A stretch of 32,000 nt of DNA, from the NCBI GenBank assembly GCA_963718915.1, contig CAVRAI010000004.1, positions 60,001 to 92,000 on the forward strand. The letters run 5' to 3'. Source of the DNA: an uncultured Chloroflexia bacterium. GTDB lineage: Bacteria; Chloroflexota; Ktedonobacteria; Ktedonobacterales; JADMIN01. This document shows positions 8,626 through 16,651 of this stretch, piece after piece. The notes under the pieces were generated by a model. That model did not search any database. It was not told the origin of the DNA and saw only the letters and a program-made list of their open reading frames with translations. The stretch's first letter is position 1. Every line of letters begins with the position of its first letter. The position numbers and the translations under genes are program-made.

Positions 8626-9875
8626 GAGAGCCTCCTCCTATGAGCGCGAAGGGATTCACGAATTGCCAGAAATAGGAGAGTGCCGAAAACCACGATGAAG
8701 GCGCCAAGAATGAGCGCTACGACAATGACGGTGGTCTGGCGATCAAGCGGAGGTGGATATGGACCCGTAACGATTGCACGTGGTTCGCCCCCGACGGCCA
8801 CGGCGCCAAGAGTCTGGCGGTTTGTGATATCAAGCTCTACCACGCGCCCATCGGCACGTTCGGCGACGAATCCCAAAGCCCCCTCAAATGTGATCGCGAC
8901 TGCCGATGGCTCACCGGAGAATCTTAGGATATGTAGCGGCTCTGCCGGAGCCACCAGACTTCCATTTCCTCCTACCCCGCTGGGTCTTAGGATCACTACC
9001 CGGTTCTTCGTAGGAACTGGTATGTAGATTTGACCGGTGATGGCATCATAATCCATCGTCCCCGGTGTCCCACCCAGGTCTGACAGCACTGTGCCGAGTA
9101 CCTCGTGCGATGCCAGTCCGACCGCAAGTACTGCTCCCTGGCAGGTCGCTACATAGGCGATGCCGCCTGTTGACGGAATGTTGATCGCGCATGGCGGTGC
9201 AGGCAGCGCAATTGTAGCCAACGTGCGCAGATCGCGCGTCGCAATGACCGAGACTGTTTGGCTCTGGCGATTAGCGACGTAGACCTCAAGTGTAGATGGA
9301 TCGCTGATTCCGCTATTTGAGGCGGCCACAGCAACGCTGACTGGTGCATTGCCAACTGTCAATGTCGCTTTCACTCGTTGGGTATCTGAGTCGAGAATAG
9401 TGAGGGTATTTCCGGCGGTATCGGCAACGAACAGCCAGTGCAAACTGCCTGATGGATCCACTGCTATTGCCTGCGGACTAGAACCAGTCGGCATACTCCC
9501 AACCACGCTATGCTCGCGCGTGTCAACGATGGCAACCCGGTTAGCGTCTGCCTCGGTGACATAGGCAAAGCGGCCATCGCTGCTTAAGACAACCGCTTGT
9601 GGCCGATTTCCTAGGGCGAGAGTCCACGCCACATTCCGTTTCCCAATATCCATGACAGTGAGATTGTCACTTGAGCTTCCTCCGCCCACGATATAGGCGA
9701 GGTTTGGAGCGCCACCGTCAGCTCTCGCTGGCATAGCCCCACCGTACCACCAGATAGTCAGAGTTAGAACTAAGGCGAATAGCGTTGCGAATCCTATATG
9801 TCTTCGTCGAATTTGGCCAAACGATGTGTTTATTCTCAGCTTTCGTACGTGTCTCCGTCGCGGGTGAAGTCTCAT
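8622..9875 (-). CDS. YVTN-type (YncE-like) beta-propeller repeat protein with N-terminal signal/anchor and C-terminal TM helix
   Basis: Repeats of the form AYVTEADANRVAIVDTREHSVVGSMPTGSSPQAIAVDP, LFVADTAGNTLTILDSDTQRV and VYVANRQSQTVSVIATRDLRT. C-terminal helix VIVVALILGAFIVVFGTLLFLAI. Confidence 0.8.
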   Translation of the reverse strand: MRLHPRRRHVRKLRINTSFGQIRRRHIGFATLFALVLTLTIWWYGGAMPARADGGAPNLAYIVGGGSSSDNLTVMDIGKRNVAWTLALGNRPQAVVLSSDGRFAYVTEADANRVAIVDTREHSVVGSMPTGSSPQAIAVDPSGSLHWLFVADTAGNTLTILDSDTQRVKATLTVGNAPVSVAVAASNSGISDPSTLEVYVANRQSQTVSVIATRDLRTLATIALPAPPCAINIPSTGGIAYVATCQGAVLAVGLASHEVLGTVLSDLGGTPGTMDYDAITGQIYIPVPTKNRVVILRPSGVGGNGSLVAPAEPLHILRFSGEPSAVAITFEGALGFVAERADGRVVELDITNRQTLGAVAVGGEPRAIVTGPYPPPLDRQTTVIVVALILGAFIVVFGTLLFLAIRESLRAHRRRLS

Positions 9876-10242
9876 CTGCCGTCCTCGCCACCAAGTGTCA
9901 CATTGATTGTGTTCAAGTATACGCCTTCACCGCCACGCTGCAATACATCTCGATGCTTTTCAGTTGGCATGGTTGAGCATCAACGCATTAGGACAGGACA
10001 AAGGCAGTGTGTTATAACTCTTTCCAGAGACCACCTGGCGAGTCTCTATAATATTCCCTGCTCAAACTCCAGGCAGTTTCACATCTTGCGCACATCTGTT
10101 TCATGTATCGTTGATAGGCGGCATGCGCAATACAGCCATCCCTCGCGCGTCCAGGCAGTGTGCCGCCATCCACTCTCAGTTTGTAGGTATCATTTTCCGT
10201 ACGTGTTCGGCGTGCGGCAACTGCCTAAGGTTGGAGGTTGCT

Positions 10243-11346
10243 ATGCAGACATCTCGCGACGAATCTCCAGCGAGCGTTACGGAAAACAAGGACGACGACC
10301 ATCAGCAGGAATCCTCTTCGAACCAATCCGCGAAGAGTACTTCAGGGGTGCTACGATGGCTATGGGTGGGGACAGTTATAAGTGCTGCTACCATCGTTCT
10401 ACTTGGTACGATCCTGCTGATGAGGCCTACTCAAGGGACTGGATCGTCCCAATTGCTGGGAACCGACCTTGGGGGAACTCCAGCGCCCTCGTTCACCCTC
10501 GTCGACCAGAATGGCAAAAACGTCAGCATTTCCCAGTTGCGTGGGCATCCGATAATGCTCACGTTTTTCGACTCGGTGTGTCCACATACGGATTGTTCAC
10601 TCATGGCCAACTATGTCAACACAAGTTATCAGGAGATGGCATCCTCTGAGCGCTCACGTGTGATCTGGCTCGCCATCAGTCTCAACCCCTGGCATGATAC
10701 ACCTAGCACAGCGCAGACCTTTCTTACCTCACGCGGTGTCAGTGCTCCGATCCACTTCATGCTGGGATCAGTGTCGCAACTCGCGCCCATCTGGGGTGAC
10801 TATCATATCCAATCGGTGCTGCAATCCAATGGCATTGTGGTTCACACGACCGGCGTCTATATCATCGATCAGCAGGGGCGTGAGCGTATTTTCCTCGATG
10901 AGGGATTCGACCCCCACATGCTTAGCGGCGATCTGCATCTGCTGCTCACCGCACACCCCTCTGTGAATGCGCAGCAGGCGGCGCAGACCGATGGCAGTGT
11001 CACCATGACGAAGACGGTAAGAGGGGGAACAGTGACATTGCAGGCGACACCAGATGCCTATGGCACGTACAGTTACCTCGTCTGGGTGTGGGATGCCAAA
11101 GGGCAGCCCCTTGCAAATGGCACAGGGACACTGGATCTGACAATGCCTGCGATGACCATGCAGCCTCTTCACATTCCCCTGGTACAGGATACCTCTATTG
11201 GGCCAGGGATTTTCCGGGCCACTGGAGTGCTCTCTATGGCCGGACAATGGCAAGTGATTGTGAGCGCAAGCCCATTGCGTACCGCTCTGCCCGGCTCGAC
11301 CTCGCCTGCAATTCTGGCCACCTTCACTTTCACTTCCAAATACTGA
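10243..11346 (+). CDS. Sco1/SenC-like thioredoxin-fold copper chaperone fused to a C-terminal YtkA-like domain
   Basis: TM anchor, then FTLVDQNGKNVSISQLRGHPIMLTFFDSVCPHTDC (Cys pair with 4-residue spacing rather than the usual CxxxC), ISLNPWHDTP and the conserved His in VVHTTGVYIIDQQG. C-terminal LDLTMPAMTMQPL...SMAGQWQVIVSA. ATG 10243 with GGAGG at 10233-10237. The upstream part of the 10111 ORF is rejected. Confidence 0.8.
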   Translation: MQTSRDESPASVTENKDDDHQQESSSNQSAKSTSGVLRWLWVGTVISAATIVLLGTILLMRPTQGTGSSQLLGTDLGGTPAPSFTLVDQNGKNVSISQLRGHPIMLTFFDSVCPHTDCSLMANYVNTSYQEMASSERSRVIWLAISLNPWHDTPSTAQTFLTSRGVSAPIHFMLGSVSQLAPIWGDYHIQSVLQSNGIVVHTTGVYIIDQQGRERIFLDEGFDPHMLSGDLHLLLTAHPSVNAQQAAQTDGSVTMTKTVRGGTVTLQATPDAYGTYSYLVWVWDAKGQPLANGTGTLDLTMPAMTMQPLHIPLVQDTSIGPGIFRATGVLSMAGQWQVIVSASPLRTALPGSTSPAILATFTFTSKY

Positions 11347-11550
11347 AAAGAGTGGTCAGCGGGACTCGGTGCTAGCTTACCGAGCCACGCCGACTCCATT
11401 AGGATGGCCTCAGGAGAAGTACTGAGAAAGGCAGTGGAACTCTCCCAATAGACAGTCCTCTACCGCCAGCACTAGACTCACTCAGAGATATGGCGCACGC
11501 CATCTTCTTGGTCAATCCTCGTGATTGTGGAGTATTCTGAGGGGGTTATC

Positions 11551-12114
11551 ATGCATCGTATCCGCATGTCTCGCATCCTACAATGGATGATAGTATGCTC
11601 ACTCACAATCCTGGCGGCGCTCTTCGCTTTGGTCACAGGTAGCCTCACCGCACAGGCGCACGCAGCCTACAAATCGTCCACTCCAGCTGCGAACTCGGTA
11701 CTCAAGACAGCACCGACGAGTGTCTCCATCACGTTTGTGCAGAAGCTTGACCCGCAGGGGTTGAACATCACGGTCTATGGCAACAAAGGCGAGGTGGTCT
11801 CTATCGGCCAGGCGCAGATCTCGGCAAGCGATCCCTACACTGCGACGGTTGCCATGAAAGGCGACGACTCGGATATCTATCGCGTCGATTGGAATAATGT
11901 CTCGGCTGAGGATGGCGATCCTACGCTCGGCGCCTTTGTGTTCGCGGTAGATGCCAGTGGTACGAGCGACAAAGTCACTCCAACGCAGAGCGCAACAGTC
12001 GCGAGCACAGGCTCTGACGTCTCCATTTGGATAGCAATCCTGGCAGGTGTCGGTGGCCTGGTGGTTGGTGGCGCAGCGACATTCTTCGGACAGCGAGCGC
12101 GTACCACCAAGTAA
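11551..12114 (+). CDS. CopC-domain copper-binding protein with C-terminal TM anchor
   Basis: Signal peptide, then a mature N-terminus HAAYKSSTPAANSVLKTAPTSVSITF...YRVDWNNVSAEDGDPTLGAFVFAV, which is the CopC/YobA pattern. ATG 11551 is preceded by GAGGGGG. Confidence 0.85.
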   Translation: MHRIRMSRILQWMIVCSLTILAALFALVTGSLTAQAHAAYKSSTPAANSVLKTAPTSVSITFVQKLDPQGLNITVYGNKGEVVSIGQAQISASDPYTATVAMKGDDSDIYRVDWNNVSAEDGDPTLGAFVFAVDASGTSDKVTPTQSATVASTGSDVSIWIAILAGVGGLVVGGAATFFGQRARTTK

Positions 12115-12173
12115 CCTGATTCATTCGCTGATGAATTGGCCGGGTGATCTTGGCGACGTTAAGGGGGCGCATT

Positions 12174-14159
12174 ATGCGTAGCGTAAGACGGTCACTGCAG
12201 CGCGGAAGTCTCATATCACTCCTCGCGCTGGGGGGAGCGCTCCTGTTGCTCACCGCGTGGCCGTCTACGCCTGTATTGGCGCGCGCCGAACATCCGCAGG
12301 CTCCTTTGCACGCGCTTCCGGTCCGCTACAATCCTGCACAGAATGCGGTGCTGCGGACACCACCAACCAAGGTGCAGATCACCTTTAGCGAGCACCTGAA
12401 TCCTGACATCTCGAAGATCGTGGTTGTGAATCCCTCCAATCAACAGGTGGATAACCGCGACAGCCAGGTCAGCGGCGATGCGCTGACGATGACCGTCACG
12501 CTGCCGCTGCTCCCAGCGGGTACCTATGTAGTATTCTGGCGCACGCACTCCGCCGATGATGGACACATCGTTGGAGGGTCATACCTCTTCCATATCGCGC
12601 GCGCCGATGGCACTGTTCCGCCTCTCTCTGGAGCGCTTCCCAGCGGGAATATTATTGGCGGTGCTGGGCTTGCCAACACTGGCAGTCTTGATGGGCCAAA
12701 TTTGCTCGGCGCACTCGCGCGATGGGTTGCTCTGCTGGCGCTGACCTTCCTGCTTGGGCTGCTGTTTTGGGCATACGTTGTCCAGCCGCGTCAGCTCTAC
12801 CTTGATGATGCCTTTCGAGCAGACTTCTCGCGCCGGATGCGCCGCGGGATGCAACTCGCGCTGGGCATCATGCTCGTTGCGACGGTCGTCGAGGTCGCTG
12901 CGCAAGCGTGGCTAGTCGATGGGTCCCTCCAGGGAGTAACGTCGCTATCACTCCTGCGCAGTATTCTCTTCGAGAGCCGTTTTGGGCGTGCGCTTGTCAT
13001 CTTCGTGCTCTTCGCCTTCTATGGGCTGGTGGCGCTGGCCTTACGTAAACGGCCACTGACCGATAAACTTTTGCAGGGAATTATTGCCTTCGTTTTCGGC
13101 ATTGGGCTGGCTTTAGCCTTTGAGTATTCCGGCCATGGCGGCGCGGCGCAGCAATGGTGGGGGCCAATTATTGATTTCTTACACCTCCTGGCGAATAGCG
13201 TCTGGCTCGGAGGGCTATTCGTGATCGCGCTCGTGATCGTTCCGCTCTTGCTCCAGCGGGGACGTGAAGAGCGCGAGGCATATCTTGCGCAAAGTGTCCC
13301 AGCCTTTAGTGTGCCAGCGTTGATCGCAGTCGGCTTCTTGATTATCACTGGTCCGCTGAATGCCACCGTCCGCCTGACGAGCGTTCAGCAACTCTGGACG
13401 ACCCCGTATGGGATTGTGCTCGATCTCAAATCGCTGCTTTTTCTCATCATGGTATCTATCAGTTATCACCATGCCTTCCGACTCCGACCAGTTCTCGCCG
13501 CCGAGCAGGCAACTGCTGGCACAGCTACATCGCCGACGGCATGGTATAGCGAACTTCCGATCATTGGGAATCTCGCCCATGTCATGTTAACGCCGCAAAG
13601 GCCGAGTGATGTAGTAGCAGGTATCCCTTCTGGAGGTGTGGTAGCCGTGCCCCAGCGCAACCGAAGGTATCAGTCGAATGACAAGGCAGACCTGATACTC
13701 TACTGGATGCGTGTGGAAGCCATCGTTGGAGCGAGCGTTCTGCTCTGCGCTGCGCTCCTAGCGCCGCTGGCAGGCACGCTTGCCCCTGCGCTGGCGTCGG
13801 CAAGCGCGAGTTTCGGCGCGTCAGGCGGTGCGCAAACATTCACACAAAAAGCGGACGCCTTGACCGTGACGCTCGGTGTCAATCCCGGCAAATTTGGCAC
13901 AAACACCTTCACGATCGTGGTCAAGAATCCTGATGGAACGCCTGCCAGCAACGGCACTGTATTTCTAGAGACTGAAATGGTTGAGATGGACATGGGTACG
14001 AACGAAATCGACCTTACGCCATCGGCTGCTCCTGGGACATATAGTGGTCAAGGTGAGATCGCGATGGCAGGTCATTGGCGGATTCAAGTAGTCATTCGCA
14101 CCAAAGAAGATCCTGGCCATCTGCACCGCACAACTTTTACAATCAGTGCGAGTTATTAG
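12174..14159 (+). CDS. CopC-CopD fusion (YcnJ-like copper transporter) with C-terminal YtkA-like domain
   Basis: N-terminal CopC pattern HALPVRYNPAQNAVLRTPPTKVQITF...FWRTHSADDGHIVGGSYLFHI. Then about 8 hydrophobic helices of CopD type (HLLANSVWLGGLFVIALVIVP). C-terminal VFLETEMVEMDMG...AMAGHWRIQVVIRT. ATG 12174 is preceded by AAGGGGG. Confidence 0.85.
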   Translation: MRSVRRSLQRGSLISLLALGGALLLLTAWPSTPVLARAEHPQAPLHALPVRYNPAQNAVLRTPPTKVQITFSEHLNPDISKIVVVNPSNQQVDNRDSQVSGDALTMTVTLPLLPAGTYVVFWRTHSADDGHIVGGSYLFHIARADGTVPPLSGALPSGNIIGGAGLANTGSLDGPNLLGALARWVALLALTFLLGLLFWAYVVQPRQLYLDDAFRADFSRRMRRGMQLALGIMLVATVVEVAAQAWLVDGSLQGVTSLSLLRSILFESRFGRALVIFVLFAFYGLVALALRKRPLTDKLLQGIIAFVFGIGLALAFEYSGHGGAAQQWWGPIIDFLHLLANSVWLGGLFVIALVIVPLLLQRGREEREAYLAQSVPAFSVPALIAVGFLIITGPLNATVRLTSVQQLWTTPYGIVLDLKSLLFLIMVSISYHHAFRLRPVLAAEQATAGTATSPTAWYSELPIIGNLAHVMLTPQRPSDVVAGIPSGGVVAVPQRNRRYQSNDKADLILYWMRVEAIVGASVLLCAALLAPLAGTLAPALASASASFGASGGAQTFTQKADALTVTLGVNPGKFGTNTFTIVVKNPDGTPASNGTVFLETEMVEMDMGTNEIDLTPSAAPGTYSGQGEIAMAGHWRIQVVIRTKEDPGHLHRTTFTISASY

Positions 14160-14459
14160 CAGTCGTCCAAGGCAACTCCTTCTCGAAGCCGGTTCAGTGC
14201 AGAGGTGTAGCCTCACCTTGCATGAACCTGCCAGCGATGCATACAATTTCACCCTAGCGGAGATGCTACGGGTGAGGCATTGGACGGCCTGGAATCCGCT
14301 TGAGTGCGCGGACTATGTGCTGCAATGTCTCTACGTCTTCATAATCTGAATCTGAATAAGAACGGGATGGTGGCCGCGCTGAAGGCTCCGATCACGCCGC
14401 CGGGCGCGCCAGCGACAGACAGATCAGAATCCGATAGCTGAAATTTGTGGATACCTGAC

Positions 14460-14855
14460 ATGACAACGCACAATTCTGACAAAGAATCCCAGGCGAAGAG
14501 GCCCGATGCCGCGACTGAGAGTGCGGAGCGGCTGGAGGGGCTGCTCCGCGACCTGGAGACGTTGCAGGCGTACCTTCAGGAGCGAGGGCGCCATGCCTAC
14601 GAGCTGGCGCAGCGCTTTCTGGCGAATGCGCGGCGAGACGCGGGGTCGCGCGCATATGACGAACGGCAGGCGACGATGCTGGAGTATCAGCACTACATCT
14701 GGCACGAGATTGCCGGGCGCGTCTCACAGCTGCTGGTGGCGTATGGCGAGCCTGACCAGGTATTGCTGGGAGAATCCACTGGTGAGCCAGATGGCGCAAC
14801 TGAAGCTGAAGCGTCGTCCTCCCACCAGGCGCCGACGAGTGAGCAGGACTCCTGA
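14460..14855 (+). CDS. hypothetical acidic, helix-rich protein
   Basis: 131-aa ORF from ATG 14460. Balanced composition (E/L/Q/A) with G/C-rich third positions, unlike the Arg/Pro-rich overlapping frames. It ends 3 nt before the next start. No family recognised. Confidence 0.45.
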   Translation: MTTHNSDKESQAKRPDAATESAERLEGLLRDLETLQAYLQERGRHAYELAQRFLANARRDAGSRAYDERQATMLEYQHYIWHEIAGRVSQLLVAYGEPDQVLLGESTGEPDGATEAEASSSHQAPTSEQDS

Positions 14856-14858
14856 GCC

Positions 14859-15149
14859 ATGGCACAACGCAATTCCACCACGCCAACGTCCCGCGAGCGC
14901 CAGCTACAGCGCACGCTGCTCGCCATACGACTCGGCGCGACGGTCTTCGGAGTGCTGGCGGGCCTCGTCTGCTACGTCGCGCTGGATCAGTTCACGGCGA
15001 TTGGGCTTGTGCCAGCGTTCGTGATTGGCCTGATCTTCGCGCTGCTCACCCGCACCGCCTCTGCCTCGCTTGCGCGTGACTGGCTGGTGCGCAACGCGAG
15101 GCAACATGATCCACAGCGAGCAGAGCGCCGCCATCGCAATGCGCAATAG
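14859..15149 (+). CDS. hypothetical small membrane protein (two predicted TM helices)
   Basis: 96-aa ORF with hydrophobic segments GATVFGVLAGLVCYVAL and GLVPAFVIGLIFALL. Tightly spaced after the 14460-14855 ORF. Confidence 0.45.
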   Translation: MAQRNSTTPTSRERQLQRTLLAIRLGATVFGVLAGLVCYVALDQFTAIGLVPAFVIGLIFALLTRTASASLARDWLVRNARQHDPQRAERRHRNAQ

Positions 15150-15183
15150 AGCGCGAGTTCTGTCAACACCGCGCGTCGGGATT

Positions 15184-16443
15184 TCATGTCGAGGTATCCA
15201 ATAACATGACCGGCTCTCTGGCGAACAGCAATGGCGCGCTGATACGCCAGTACACCGCGCCCGTGGTAGCGTTGAGCGCATTCACCGCCGACGGCGGCTC
15301 GCAGTCGGGCGGGCATGACGTGATATAGTGCGGGTAGATGATAGAGGACTTCACAAACAGCACGCCGTTGAGAATCACTGGGGTGCCGAACCCAACGTTC
15401 GCATTCGAGCCGATGGCGCCAGACACGATGCCCGTCGCTTACATGCACTGCATCGAGGTAGATATCACTGGCATAGTAGACCAGCATCGCCAGCTTCGAC
15501 AGCCTGTGGAACCTGAGGCATTGACAACCTTATACCTCCATTGCAGGTTCCCCGTTTGTGCATTGAGGCTGTTGAGATAGTCGGTTTCGCCCACGGTGGC
15601 GACCATCTCGAAAGTCCGATAGTACACACTGTTCGCCCCAACACTCACTGGATCCTCAGGCCACTGATTCGCCAGCGGTCGCAACCACGCCGGAGAGCCA
15701 TCACGCGCGTTCAACGCCACTATGCTATGGATGAGTACGGATAACACCATTCCGTCGCCATATGTTGGCATGCCCTGCACATACTCTCCGTCAGGCACGA
15801 CACGCTTCCTCCAGACGAGCGCGCCATCACGCTCATGGAACGCCGAGATGTTGCCAAAGGGCACGCCGACAAACACCAATCCCTGCCCGACGGTCACCGG
15901 GCCACCCAGTGGGAGACTCCATGCCAGCGCGCCAGTATCGGCACGCAGCGCGAAAACCAGAACGCCAGGAGCATTATCCGAGTTTGTAGTACTGGCGCTG
16001 GCGCTGAGAAAGAGCATCCCATCTGACACGATTGGTGGAGCAAGAAACCTCAGGCGGGTTTGCGGCTCCAGCGAATTGGTGAGCGGCGTGCGCCAGAGTT
16101 CCTGGCCGTCGCTTGCGCGCACGGCGACGATAGTTTGCGGTTGATCCGCCACAAGGTAAATGGTGTGCTCGTCCGCAACAGAAAACGTTCCAGCATACGT
16201 TCCAGCATACGTTGAGGAGCCGTCAATCGCATACTGCCAGCGCGTCGCGCCGGTGCGCGCGTTGAGGGAGATAAGCGCCGAGGCAGATCCGTAGGGTATC
16301 CGCACAAACGCCAGCGATAGCGAATCGGCCACAGGCGCAGATATATTTACCAGCGGTGGTTGATGCACGACTCGCGACGCTGACACCCGCGCACGAGATG
16401 GTCGACGAGCACGGGCACGCAGAGCGTCAGCAGAATCTTCCAC
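15184..16443 (-). pseudogene. PQQ-like (BamB-type) beta-propeller repeat gene interrupted by an in-frame TAA and local frame excursions
   Basis: Blades end in TGATRWQY, DGQELWRT, TGALAWSL, DGALVWRK, DGSPAWLR, TGNLQWRY and TGAVYWRI. ORFs 15439-16443 and 15184-15426 are in the same frame, separated by TAA at 15439-15441. Between about 15426 and 15530 the propeller-like peptide (PQAVEAGDAG / LVYYASDIYLDAVHVSDGHRVW) is found only in the other two frames. Confidence 0.6.
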
Positions 16444-16651
16444 AGCCGACGCTTGGCGCGAATTGCCAGCACAATCGGCAGTATCACGAGCAGCATGGCC
16501 GCGATTTCTGCCCAGGGGAGCCAGGGGAAATTCTCGAAGACGTAGATTCTCATTGGCTGGCCCTCATCCGTAGCGCGCGTTGCAATCGTCTGCTTGCACT
16601 ACGATACCAGGCCAGGCCATTCTCACACGTGCGGAGAAGCGGCGTTAGCTA

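Noticed and set aside
9798-10649. 283-aa plus-strand ORF crossing the divergent intergenic region into the Sco gene.
   Set aside because: It is in a different frame from the Sco-like homology, is Ser/Arg/Cys-rich, starts inside the YVTN gene on the opposite strand, and has no motif.
14392-14886. 164-aa minus-strand ORF.
   Set aside because: It is Arg/Ala/Pro-rich and antisense to the more protein-like 14460-14855 ORF. No motif was found.
16347-16553. 68-aa minus-strand ORF with hydrophobic stretches overlapping the start of the PQQ-like gene.
   Set aside because: I do not call it as an independent gene. It may be the frameshifted N-terminal membrane anchor of the propeller gene or a chance ORF, and I cannot decide which from sequence alone.
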